From NCBI GenBank assembly GCA_002104905.1, contig MCFE01000232.1:1-64000 (forward strand): 64,000 nt of DNA, read 5' to 3'. Of this stretch, positions 25,023 to 38,100 are shown piece by piece. This stretch comes from Basidiobolus meristosporus CBS 931.73 (Eukaryota; Fungi; Basidiobolomycota). The translations under genes and the position numbers were made by a program. Under the pieces are notes generated by a model. It saw only the letters and a list, made by a program, of their open reading frames with translations. It had not been told where the DNA came from and did not search any database. How positions within the stretch are numbered: position 1 is the stretch's first letter; each line of letters starts with the position of its first letter.

Positions 25023-26922
25023 TCACAACTTTGGCAGAAACCCAGTGGCTCTGTGCCACTGTTCATTCACTGATTCCCACACATCCTGGTCTTCAGCTGG
25101 CACTGCAAGGTCTAGCACCTCATCTGCTAGTCTTTGCAATAAATCCTTGCAATATTCCAGTGTGTTTTCTTGAGCACTGCTCTTGAAGAAGTGCTACAAC
25201 CTCCTGGTGTGCCTATTAATGTTCCAAAATTCCACTGAAGGCATTTTGATAGTTTTTTGAGCTCTTGATGTTTTAGCCTTGTCTGTCAGTGGGATCTCCA
25301 CTCTGTCAACAATGGAGGCTGTGGTAGACAAGTTGTCTTTTTGAGCAAACTCATCTACCTTGCTGGAGTGTAGCTCAACTTGCTGCACTTCCAACTCTTG
25401 TGAAAACCGTTGTTTTCTTGTTGGTAATTCTTCTTTGCTATGATGGGATTCAGTCTGTTCCAGGCTTGCAGCATCAATTGGCATGAACTACAGTTTTTCT
25501 TGCATGTCTCCCTGTCTCAGGCTTGAGTGGGCATTTTTCCCTTTACCTTTTCCTTTATCACTGCCAGGTCTTTCACTGCTACTTTGTCTGAGTGCATCTT
25601 GTAAAGAACTACATTTTCTCCTTGATAAACTCTGATCTGATGCATCTGTTTTGGCCTGCTTGTCCCTTGCTGGCACTCTTCTGGCAACCTGATATTTCTT
25701 TTCTGCTTGTCATGAGCTCTCAACTGTAGTTGTGATGGGCTCCTGTAAAAGCTGCTGACTTTGATCACTGCCAGGTCCTTCACTGTTACTTTGACTGAGT
25801 GCTTCTTGAGGGGTAGTACGCATTTTCCTTGATAAATGTTGTGCCAGTGCATCTGTGTCAGCCTGCTTGTCCCTAATTGCCACTCTTCAGCTTCCTGATG
25901 TCTCTTTGATGCTTGTATGGAGCTTTTGGCCCTGCTTGTAATGGGCACTTAAGGAAGCTGTTAGTTTTTAGCTGTGGCACCCTTGTTCTTCTGACTTTGA
26001 TAGTTTCTGCTCTTCTTAAGATACTTTCTTAGCATACCAATACTGGCCCAAAATCTCTTTGCCTGTTTAAATCCAGGATAATGCTCATGGAACAAGTCAA
26101 GTGCATTCTAATTGGCCTTGAGTTCCTAATGGTCCCATGGTATGCTGGCCTTAAGGAGATGGTGTGCTGGACTTCTGATGGCCTCTTGTATATTAACCCA
26201 CTCTTCATTATTGCACTTAATGGCTTGACAGATCTTAAATGTCTTTTGATTTTTAGGCCTTGGTATAAACACCACATTGTCTCCCTCCCATGCAGTGATA
26301 GGTTTTTCTGTGGGCTTTTTCTCTGGGCACTGTTGTTGTGCTTCAAAGATTATAGGGTGTTTCTCTGCTGTTACATTGGGAAATGGTTAAATTCATGGCT
26401 GTGACCTAGAGCTACTGAAGTTCCTTCTTTGCAGCAAAGATACTGCTTTCTCTACCTGGGATATTGATTGCTCTAGACATATTATCCGCTCATCCTGTTT
26501 CTGGACTATTTCCTGATTTCTCTGGGCCATTACATCTATCATATCAGCCACTGCACTTAATTGCTTCATTAATGCTTTGGTATGAGCTGACAATACACTT
26601 GCTAATATGGGTGGTGGTGATGTTATGACATCCACTTGCTGGTCTTAAGCTGAGCATACTCCATTTGCTACATTCACATCTCCCTGAGCATAATGGTCAG
26701 CTTGTGGCCCTGCAGAGGTTCTCAATTGTGTACTTGACTGAGAGCATGAGGAGTCTGCATTATTACCTTTAGTGGGCACACTGTCCACAGGGCCTTTTTG
26801 GATGTAGCCCTGCTTGTTACACTGAATGTCAAAGCAAGCTGTTATTTACCTGCTCTTCTGCTGCCATCAGCAATACGGTTTTGTTGGAAATCAGACAACT
26901 TTGCTTTATTTTTTGGCAGCAC
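25023..26922 (-). pseudogene. Accessory gene of the CACTA-like element, copy 2
   Basis: ORF pieces 26393-26635, 26029-26346, 25488-25676 and 25194-25484 are homologous to copy 1. Internal 207-bp tandem duplication (25557 vs 25764). Confidence 0.6.
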
Positions 26923-27144
26923 ATATATAGAAGTGAGTCAAACCAAAGGGGAAATAGTGTTACATATACTAGTGTATGTGGTGCCACAACTTTATTTATA
27001 AAGCTTACTATGGCAGGTCATTGTTGAGTCTTACAATCATGTAGGTGCAATATCTCAAATACAAGACTGACTTAAGTTCACATAGGTATTGACCAAAAAG
27101 TGATATAATAGCATTACATTGTTGAAGGTTGAACTGTTTGCCCC
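26923..27144. promoter_or_regulatory. Putative bidirectional promoter between the accessory gene and the transposase
   Basis: The start-to-start spacer is 222 bp in three independent copies (2100-2321, 18329-18550, 26923-27144). Promoter function is inferred. Confidence 0.5.
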
Positions 27145-30128
27145 ATGGACAAGACTTCTTTGACTCAGTGTTGTAAGAGAAGAGAAAAAAGATCATGTGG
27201 CTATTGTGGCAAGCCTCTCAGCCATGACACATGCAGACAGCATAGGAAGTATAATAAGGATCATGGCCAGTGTTTTGCCACCCAAGTCATATTTGACCAT
27301 TTATTATTCACTACTGTACCAACATTATCTTGCTGGCCAGTTGATACTTCTATAAAAGCACCTGGCCAACGTTGTCACCTTGTGCAAACTGCATCAGGTG
27401 AGTTTGTGATGCCTTTAGGCTCTCCTCAGCCTTCTGAATATGGCATGCAGAGTGATAGCTATGGTAAAGAAGGGTCACTGATGGATTTTGAGCCTATCTT
27501 CCCTAACAACAGTACCACATATGAGCCTGGCCAAATCCCTATATGCTTTGAGACAGCACCAGTTGAAACAAATGCCAAGGATACTTTATGGAGCCAAGTG
27601 AGTCCAGTAGTCTATCTACTGGTGAATGATGTAATGTTGTGGCTAGAGAAGTGGTGCATTTCACTAATTTCAGTAATGGTGGCTTTGAGGATTTATTACT
27701 ACTTCTTGCCAAAATCATACCGGGATGCAACTACCACGTACATGGTACAAGTGGACAACCATCATGCAGCTGGCAACATATGATCCAGAGACTGTCCTGA
27801 TTCCAGCATGCTTTAACAGTTGCATGGCATTCACATCCAAAAATGCTACCATTGCAACATGTGCAAATTGTCAGGAATCCACCACCATTGAGAGAAAACA
27901 ATGTTCACACTTTGGATATATTCCAGTTGTACCCCATCTGAGGAAGCTGATACAGTCTGACAAGTATTGCAAAGCTATATAGTACTGCACTCAGTATCAA
28001 TCAAGCACAAACATACCTAATATATTTGATGGCAAACATTACAAATAGCTAGAAGCCAGGGCTACTTTAAAGGTATGGATGACCATGCCTTTGCTTTAGC
28101 ACTTGATGGATTCTCATTAAACAAGTGCTCTACCAGCAAATCCTGCTGGCCACTGATTCTCATCAATCTGAATCTGCCACCTGTCTTATGGTATCAGAGC
28201 ATTAATATGATGGTAGTCTCACTGGTATCTAGGCCTAAATCACCACCCAACATGGAGAGCTACCTGTATCCATTGCTGGATGAATTTTGTATGCTTTCCA
28301 GTAGGATAACAGTCAATGGCCATCATGTAAAAGCACATATTATTATCTGCATTGGAGACACCCCTGCCATCAGCAAGATAGCAGGTTTTTCCGGGCACAA
28401 AGGATGGTATTGTTGTTGGATGTGTGAGATCCAGGGGACTTACTCCATAACTCACACACACTGATATCACCCAAACACCAGCACTAAGAACATCATCTTT
28501 CTGCAGGGAGAACATACAGAAGTCAGCTTGCAATTGCAGCAAAGTTGGCAAGTAAAATGCCATTGGCCAGAATACGGAATCAATTGGATACTGGAGATAC
28601 TTAAGATAGAGGGTAACTGTTGGAGCAAAAGCATTCCACTGGGAGCAATGCATTTACTTTTCAACAATATCCCTACACTGATGACCAAGTGGTACATGGG
28701 GCATTTCAAGCTGATTGAGCCCATTGAGATACCAGAGAAATTTGAAAGAACTGGCAAGCTATTACAGAGTATATGCTACCCCAGGTACTTCTCACAGGGC
28801 TCCAATTAATATTCATCTGCATATGCAACAATACAAATGCAAATACTGGATGAACTGGATATGTATATATTCAGGTGGTGTTCTGAAGCCATTCCTACCA
28901 AGAGTACACTAGAAGCATTGCAAGTCATATGTGGACATTGTAGAAATATTTATCCAGAAGCAGATTACCAATGCCCACTTCATGCATCTACAGCTGTTGT
29001 GCAAGAAGTTTGTGACAGAATTTAAGCAGCTAAACTACAAACATAAAGCTGAACATGTAGATCTCTGCTGCTACTGTATCCATTTTGTACTTGATCTTGC
29101 TTTGTGTGTGAAGCATATTGGGCCTTGCTTCACTTATTGGGAGTTTCCTATGGAGTGGGTGTGTGGGGAGATAGGAAGACAAGTCAAGTTGCAGGTACCA
29201 CCATATCCCAATCTCATCAAGAATATTACCTTCAAGTCCATTGTGAATGTGATGAGTTGGCACATGGAGGACAAGAAGGAAGAGTTGGAAAGTACTGAGT
29301 ACAAATGTGCACATGGAGACACCTATGCCTATGGCATTAAGAAGCTAAGCAGCCCCAAGGCATGGGTAATCAGTTAAGTAATGCAAAGTTGGGTTGGGTG
29401 CAACAAGCAACTAACTCTTATTAGGAAAACTCTACCAAGGTATGCCAGATTTCTCTTGGTCACAAGCCAACTCCTACACCATTCAATATGGGATTCACAC
29501 AAACAAAAGCCAGAGTGCACCTATAAGGGGGTCTATAATCCAGCAGGGAGAAGGAATATATTGGCTAAATACCAAGAAGCTCTTTGGGGATTTTCAGGAG
29601 GTATTTATGGCATAAGTGGTGGCAACCAAGCATATGTTTGTAAGAGGTATATGTTACCAGCAATACAAGGTATATGGCAACTTTGCAAGTATCACACTAA
29701 AAAGCCATAAAGTTGAGGTGATAGAAGTATGTCAATTGTGGCAGGTGTGCGCATTTGTAGAGGTTAGTAAGTAGGAGACCATAGGTTTTATTGATTTGAG
29801 CTATATGTGGAATACCCAAGATAGTAGTGGGTAAGCAAATAAAGAGGGGTGATTCTACAGTGGAATATATGAATTGCACAAGGGGAGGTACAAAAGGGAA
29901 ATACTATTTGGTAAATTGGTATGGTGGCATTATACAGAGCCAGCTGTAGGCTGTCATACTGCCAATATAATGTACTCAGAGTCTTGCTGTGAGGCTGTCA
30001 AACTACCGTCATATTTCTTGCCATATAAGGCAATTGGATGTCCTGGCTGGTTGGATTCACTTAAAATAGCTGTAGAGCACCAAGAGACCGCAACAATACC
30101 ATGTAATTATTTTCACACTACTAATTAA
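27145..30128 (+). pseudogene. Tnp2/DUF4218-type CACTA transposase, best-preserved copy
   Basis: N-terminal CGYCGK..TCRQH; ALALDGF..SCWPLILINLNLPP..YLYPLLDE..GDTPAISKIAGFSGHKG..CWMC; HIGPCFTYWEFPMEWVCGEI. Premature stops are present. Confidence 0.9.
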
Positions 30129-30393
30129 ATCTTGTCAGTTTTATCCCTTTATTTGGTTGTAAAATTTGCAAAACACCCTCATGATCCTGTCATATGATTG
30201 TTAGGAGGGTCACTAATTCCAAGCTGCTGGTATTTTTATGGTCTCTGAACAGGATCCTGACAGCTGATCTGGATCAGATCCACCCACACAACCAAATTAT
30301 TTTTCATAGGGTGTGGCCTAGCTGAAAGTTGTAGGTTCTTAGCTATTTGTGCTAAATGAAGTGCTTCTTGAAAGGTCAGTGTAATGCTTCTTT

Positions 30394-30976
30394 TGTTGAA
30401 ATATTGAGCTATTTGGCATCATTTGGCAGCTAAAAATTTACTTAACAGTTCTAGACTAGTCTTGGTCACTGTAGGACTAATTTGCAGCCATAACTTTGCC
30501 AGTTTCTTCAGAGCTAGGATCCTATGATCATTCCCTATAGTCAAGATCAAATTAACACTCTTCACCAAACATTAGACTTGTTCCATCATTCCAGCTGATC
30601 AAAGTGCCCAATAGTGCCATAGCATGCCAGATGATGCCTGATCATGCCACAGAGTGCCAGATGGTGCCATACAGTGCTAATTTGGGATCAAAACTGACAT
30701 GCATATGTCCCTAAAATATCAAATTAATAACAAAATATACAGCACTTGCTGGCACTATGGTCAATGGCACAATGGAACAAGTCTATTATGTACTAACCCT
30801 GAAATAGTTACAGAATACTCTGGAATGTTGAGAAGCCCTCCTTACTTAGTGTTGCAGCAGTATTACTTCTACAAAGGTATATATACTGAGCCTTTTCATG
30901 AATAAACAACTTTTCAACTATTATCACTATTTCTTGATAGGTCCCTTGTATCTAAGTCACTTCTTAAGTTACACCA
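30394..30976 (+). mobile_element. Solo LTR of Copia family A (opposite orientation to the other copies), interrupted by a MITE
   Basis: TGTTGAAA...GTTACACCA, the reverse complement of LTR A. TSD TCTTT/TCCTT. Confidence 0.85.
30575..30783. mobile_element. MITE-like element (209 bp)
   Basis: Perfect 12-bp TIR GACTTGTTCCAT/ATGGAACAAGTC, internal GTGCCA repeats, and flanks CATTA/TATTA. The LTR A sequence rejoins across it. Confidence 0.8.
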
Positions 30977-31306
30977 TCCTTCACTGCTTCTAAGGCTTAT
31001 TTGGATAGTACCTTCTCCCACTGCATCAAATGTTCCATTGTCACCCATGAAAACCTTCTTAAATGGAATTTCTTGATATTGGATAAAAAGTTCTTTTTGG
31101 TGTGTAAATGTTGAGATACTCCTGAATCAATATACCACATCTGAGAATCCTTGTTTGTAATCATATTTAGTGCAGATATGCGTAGTCTATCTTCGGTTGG
31201 TGCAGCATTTCCATAGTTGGGCCTTTTGTGCTGACTATCTCACTTTTCAAACACCAGTATGATGTGTGTCTGTTCCTGTTCTGGTAGTTATAAAACAGGT
31301 TGCTAT

Positions 31307-32198
31307 TATTGTAATAATTTGTAATTCCACCTAAATATTCACCTAACTTAGTCACTTAGATCATCACCTTCAAATCCTGAAGAATACTGACCAAACTCCC
31401 TGTTGGGATTTACTTATAATCTTTTCACCTAAATACCAGGTACCCAGAACATGATAATTTTCAAAGTTGTCCAAACAGCCCCAAACTTTGCTCACATGTT
31501 TTTGGGACCTTCCTTAAGCTATTCTATGTGTTGGTAATGCAAAGATCATGTAAAAGTATAAATACTATTCTTACATTCAAATAAATCATTAAGTGAAAAC
31601 CACAAAATCTACTTGTTCTACCAAATCACTTCCAATATCTCCAAGACTCTTATGACAGGTAGTGATCCCCTAGATGTCACTCTCTGAAATGTCTACTACC
31701 GCCATTACTGGAGTTTTTCCCTCTGCTGAAAAGTTGGATGGATCCAACTGCCAAATGTGGAAGGTGAGGATGAAGATGCTGCTACAAGAAAGAGGCCTTA
31801 GGGATATTGTCATGAGAGAAGAATGCCCTCCTAAAAATGTGGGAGAGGAAGTCTTAAGGTACCAGAAGAAGGAGCAAAGTGAAGCATGGTATGGGTACAG
31901 ACCAAGTGAGGAACATCTAAGAATATTTGGTGTACAGCATATGCCAAGACATTGCATGGAAATCAGCCAGAACTTGAGTCAAAAGTGTAAAATGCATATT
32001 TTTGGGCTACTGAAATGAGAGTAAGGCATACAGACTCTACAATACCAAATCAAAGAAGCTAATCAAGTCCAGGGAGGTGTTGTTTGATGAAAATCAAAAT
32101 TTTCACAAAAAATGACATCAGATGATGACAAAAATATGATCACAAGTCCACCAATTTTGAGGATGGAATCAGAGCAAAACTATGAAAACGTTTTCACT
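31307..32198 (+). mobile_element. Copia D 5' LTR (31307-31657) with decayed PBS, gag start fused by deletion to the integrase C-terminus
   Basis: ORF 31674-32018 reads ..KYQKKEQS|EAWYGYRPSEEHLRIFG, a gag-to-integrase deletion junction. Confidence 0.8.
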
Positions 32199-35100
32199 GC
32201 AATTGGATCTCTGGGCATTTGATACTGGATTGGTCACTTTTTGGATATTCCTGGGCACTGTTCCAGGCTGAATCATGGTTGTAGAGCTGACTGGAGTGAA
32301 AAAACTTTCATTGTTTTGCTCTAATTCAATCCTGACAATTGGTGGACTTGAGATCCAATTTTTGTCATCATCTGATGTCAGTTTTTGTGAAGATTCTGAA
32401 TATTCATCAAACAACACATCCCTGGACTTGATTAGCTTCTTTGCTTTGGTATTGTAGAGTCCGTATGCTTTACTCTCATTGCAGTAGCCCAAAAATATGC
32501 ATTTTACACTTTTTGGCTCAAATTTTGACTGATTTCCGGGCAGTTTCTTGGCATATACTGTAAACCCAAAAGTATGTATATGTTCTGGACTTAATGTGTA
32601 TCCATACCAAGCTTCAAATGAAGTGGAAACACAAAGCATTCTGTTATAACCTCTATTTTTAAGGTATACCGCTGTGGCAACTGATATTACCAAAAAATTA
32701 TAGGATATTTTTTGATCATGGATTGTAGATCTTGCCATATCAGTTATTGATCTGTCTGCACATTCTGCTACTCCATTTTGCTGCTGGGAGTATGGTACAG
32801 AAGTCTCTTACTTCATCCCATGCATTTTGCGGAAGTCAATAAAGAGCTTTGAGGTGTGTTCTCCATCATTGTCAGAGTGTATTTTCTTGATTTTTTCACC
32901 AGTTTCACTCTCCACCATGGCTTTGGACTCCCTGAGCTTAGGCAGAGCTTCTTCTTTTCTCTTCATGAAGTAGACACACATGTATCTTGTATAATCATTA
33001 GTAAAACTGATTAAATACTTCATCCTGCCTAAGGATAAATTTTGTATAGGTCCACACAGATCTGAAGGAGTTAGATCTAATTTCTTCTTAGTATTGCTTA
33101 ACACAGAGCTCTTGAATGATTGTCTGGCTTGTTTCCCATATATGCAGGCTTCACAATGCTCCCAATTAGCTGGGGGACCAATTTTCACTCCAGAAATTAG
33201 CTGATCTATGATCATTTTGAGCAAACAATCAAAATTGATGTGTCCAAATCTCCTGTGTCAAGGCATTGGTGTTTCTTCATTTAAGCTACTTATATTGGCT
33301 TCCAAATATGATGGAATATAAGTCAACTTGTATAGATTGTGATATCTAATACCTGAAGCAATATGGGCACCATTTTGATCAGTGACCTTGCATCCAGAAT
33401 TGTCAAAGCTGAAGCTAGGTGCTTCTGCTGTGGCCTTGCTTACAGATAGTAGGATCTTGGCTATTTCTGGTACATAGAGTACTTCTTTGAAGGACAATTT
33501 ATGGCTATTTTTACCACTTCTAAGGTTTACTTGGATAGTTGCATTTCCCACTGCATCAAGTGTTCTATTGTCACCCATGAAAACCTTCTTAATTGTAATT
33601 TCCTGATATTGGTTAAAGTTTTTTTTGGTGTGTAAAGTATTGAGATGCTCCAGAGTCAATGCACCACCTCTGAGAATCCTTGTTGGTGGCCATATCTAGT
33701 GCAGATATGAATAGTATATCTTCAGTTGTTGCAGCATTTCCATATTCAGGCTTCTTTTGCTAATTAACTCTCTTTTTGAGACACCAGTCTGATGTGTGTC
33801 CTTTCCTTTTGCAGTGGTTGCAAAACAGGTTGCTGTTGCCTTTGTAGGGTCTTGGGTACCTTCTTTGATGGTTATCATTGCTTATTAAAGCATCTTCTTT
33901 CTCCTTCCTATTGACACTTGATTTTCTTAATACTTCATCTAGGAGCCTTCTACAAATGTAGTTTAATGTCAAATCTTCAGTTCTGGACTCTAGGGCTGAT
34001 ACAAGGCTCTGAAACCTGTCTTTCAGGCTATTCAGATTGGTAACTATCACATCCTCCTTAGTAGTTGGTACTCCCATAGATTGCATTTCATCCACCAGCA
34101 TGGTCATTCTGTTAATTAGATTTTTGATTTCTTCTGCTGGCAGCAACTTTGTAGTAAAGAATTTTTTTCTCAGATACACTTTCTTAGTAGCTGAACATGA
34201 CTGGTAGGTGTCTTATAATGCCTTTCAGGCATTCTTTGCCGCTTTTGCTCTTGAGCATTGAATAAGCAATTTGTCTTTAACATTAAGGCAAATGCAGTTA
34301 AAGGCACTTTGTTCTTTCTTCTGGTACTTTGAGGCTTCCTCTCCCACATTTTTAGGAGGGCATTCTGCTCTCATGACAATATCCTAAAGGCCTCTTTCTT
34401 GTAGCAGCATCTTCATCTTCACCTTCCACACTTGTAAGTTGGATCCATCCAACTTTTCAGCGGGGGGAAAAATTCCAGTAATAGCAGTAGTAGACATTTC
34501 AGAGAGTGACAGCCTGGGGCTCATAACCTGTTGAAAGAGCCTTGGAGATAGTGAAAGTGATTTGGGAGAACAAGTAGATTATGGGGTTTTCACTTAATGA
34601 TTCATTGAATGTACAAGTAGTGTTTACACTTTTACATGGTCTTGGCATTATAAGCATGTAAAGCTGGTTAAGAAATGTCCCAAGAACATGTGAGCTAAGT
34701 TTGGGGCTGTTTGGACAACTTTGAGAATTTTCATGTTCTGGGCACCTGGTATTCTGGTGAAAATATTCTAAGTAGATGCCAACAAGCTACTTGGTCAGTA
34801 TTCTCTAGGATTTGAGGGTAATGATCTAAGTGACCAAGTTAGGTGAATATTTTGGTGGATTTACAAATTTTTTACAACACTCCCACTCAGCTAAATGTTC
34901 ATACTGACTAGTCCTAATTTTGACCTAAGGTATTCAAACTTGTCTCTAGCTAATGGTTTTGTAATTATGTCTGCAGTCATTTCATCTGAAGGATAGTAAA
35001 CTAAGCTAACTCAGTTATTCTCTATAGCTTCATGTATGAAATGTTGTCTAATGTTTATGTGCTCAGCTCTAGCATGAAAAGTCAGATTTCTACCTAATTG

Positions 35101-38100
35101 TATACATCCTGGATTATCTTGAAATAAAGTAATAGGCACTTTTTAACATAGGCCTAAGTTTGTAAAAAGCTTTCTTAGCCACATTGCTTTGTTTGTAGCT
35201 CCACAGGCTGCCATATACTCTGCCTCAGTGGTAGAAAGTGCTATGGTTGGTTGCTCTCTTGAATTCCATGAAATTCCTCCTTGACAGCAAAGAAAGGTGT
35301 ATCCTGTGGTGGACCCTCTGTCTTTTAAATTTTGTCCCCAATCAGCATCAGAGTATCCCAGAAGACCCTGTCCTGAATCGTTAAAAGTGCATCTTAAGCA
35401 GATATCCGCAGTTCCTTTTAGGTATATGAAAATCTGCCTAACTGCTGCAATATGATTGGATCCATAATTCTGCTTATGTTGGCTCACAACTCCCACTGAA
35501 TATGAGGTGTCTGGTCATGTTCCAAGCATGATATACATCAGACTGCTATCCATAGATTGATAAGGACAGTCAGGACTTTCAGATGGCACTAAGCTCTCTT
35601 GATTTGGTTGAGTCTTGACCAAGTTAAGGTTTATCTCCATTGGGGGTAGCTGCCAGTTTACAGTCTTCCATTTGATACTTCTTTAGTATATCTTGAATAT
35701 ACCTGGATTGGCTTAGGGTGATAGTCTGTGTACTTCTGTCTATGGAGAACCCAATCCTTAAGTAGTTACTGAGTTCTCCTAGATTGGACATCTTGAACTC
35801 CTTATATAGGCTGGATTTAGTCTCTTCCAATGCTGCTAGATTGTTGGTGGCTATAATAAGATTCTCCACATATAGAGCTAATAGAACTGGACTTGCTCTA
35901 TCTGGCTCATAGTATATACTATAGTCTGCATTGCTCCTTTTGAAGCCCAGAGATTCTAAACAAGAATCACTTTTTGGATATTCCTGGGCACTGTTCCAGG
36001 CTGAATCATGGTTGTAGAGTTGTCTGGAGTGAAAAAACTTTCATTGTTTTGCTCTAATTCAATCCTAACAATTGGTGGACTTGAGATCCAATTTTTGTCA
36101 TCATCTGATGTCAGTTTTTGTGAAGATTCTGAATATTCATCAAACAACACATCCCTGGACTTGATTAGCTTCTTTGCTTTAGTATTGTAGAGTCCGTATG
36201 CTTTACTCTCATTGCAGTAGCCCAAAAATATGCATTTTACACTTTTGACTCAAATTTTGGCTGATTTCCAGGCAGTTTCTTGGTATATGCGGTACACCCA
36301 AATATTCTTGTATGTCCTGCACTTGGTCTGTACCTATACCATGCTTCAAATGGAGCAGAATCACAAAATATTTGTTATAACTCCTACTTTCAAGGTATAC
36401 AGCTGTAGCAACTGATTCCGCCCAAAAATCATAGGATAATTTTTGGTCATAGACCATGGATCTTGCCATCTCAATTATTGATCTGTTTGCACATTCTGCT
36501 GCTCAACTTTGCTGTGGGGAGTATAGTTAGTGGTTTCTTGCTTTCTCCCATGAATCTTGCATAAGTGGATGAGGAGCTTTGAGGTATATTCTCACCACTA
36601 TCAGAGCATATTCTCTTGATTTTTTCATCAGTTTCTCTCTCCAACATGGCTTTGAACTCCCTGAACTTAGGCAGAGCTTCTTCCTTTCTCTCCATGAAGT
36701 AAACCCACATGTATCTTGTATAGTCATCAATAAAAGTGATTGAATACTTCATCCTGCCTAAGGACAAAGTTTGCATAGGTCTGCAAAGATCTCAGCAAAT
36801 TAGATCTAATTACTACTTAGTTATGATTAACCCAGAGCTTTTGAACAGTTTTCTGGCTTGTTTCCCATATATGCAGGCTTCAGGGTGCTCCAAATTAGCT
36901 GGGGGATCAACTTTTACTCCAGAAATCAACTAATTGTTGATCATTTTTTGCAAATAATCAAAATTGATGAGCCCAAATCTCCTGTGCCAAAGCATTGGTG
37001 TTTCTTCATTTAAGTTACTAATATTGGCTTCCAAATATGATGGAATATAAGTCAACTTGTACAGATTCTGATCTTGGATACCCAAAGTAATATAGGCACC
37101 ATTATGATTAATGATTTGCTTCCAGATTTGTCAAAGCTGAAACTGAGTCCTTTTGCTGTGGCCTTGCTTACAGTCAGTAGGTTCTTGGCTATTTCTGGTA
37201 CCTAGCGTACTTCTTTAAAGGTCAATATATGGCTTCCTTCCCTGCTTCTAAGGTTTACTTGGATAGTTCCTTCCCCCACTGCATCAAGTGTTCTATTGTC
37301 ACCCATGAAAACCTTCTTAATTGGAATCTCTTGATATTGGGTAAAAAGTTCTTTTTGGTGTGTAAAGTGTTGAGATGCTCCAGATTCAATGCACCACTTC
37401 TGAGAATCCTTGTTGGTGGCCATATCTAGTGCAGATATGAATAGTATATCTTCAGTTGTTGCAGCATTTCCATATTCAGGCTTCTCTTGCTGATTATCTC
37501 TCTTTTTGAGACACCAGTCTGATGTGTGTCCTTTCCTTTTGCAGTGGTTGCAAAACAGATTGCTGTTGCCTTTGTAGGGTCTTGGGCACCTCCTTTGTTG
37601 GTTATCATTACTTATTAAAGCATTCTCTTCTTCCTTCTTCTTGGCACTTGATTTTCTTAATTCTTCATCCAGGAGCCTTCCATATACATAGTTTAAGGTC
37701 AAATCTTCAGTTCTGGACTCTAGGGCTGATAGAAGGCCCTGAAAACTATCTGTCAGGCTATTCAGGATGGCAACTATCACATCCTCATTAGTAGTTGGTA
37801 TGCCCACAGATTCTATTTCATCTACCAACAGGGTAATTCAGCTAATGAGATTTTTCATTTCTTCTCCTGGCAGCATCTTTGTAGTAAAGAATTTTTGTCT
37901 CAGATACATTTTCTTAGTAGCTGAACATGACTGGTAGGTGTCTTATAATGCCTTCCAGGCATTCTTTGCCGTTTTTGCTCTTGAGCATTGAATAAGCAAT
38001 TTGTCTTTAACATTAAGGCAAATGCAGTTAAAGGCACTTTGTTCTTTCTTCTGGTACTTTGAGGCTTCCTCTCCCACATTTTTAGGAGGGCATTCTTCTC

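Larger units (their letters stand above)
24533..30311 (+). mobile_element. End-to-end CMC/CACTA-like DNA transposon (~5.8 kb) with TIRs and two head-to-head genes, inactivated
   Basis: Left end CGCCATGAAAAATTATT (consensus CCCTATGAAAAATTATT from the copy at 19650) and right end ATTATTTTTCATAGGG. CCC termini fit the CMC superfamily. No TSD is retained. Confidence 0.88.
30312..31306 (-). mobile_element. Degenerate Copia D gag/protease fragment hosting a solo LTR
   Basis: 30312-30393 and 30977-31306 match about 33420-33840. Confidence 0.7.
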
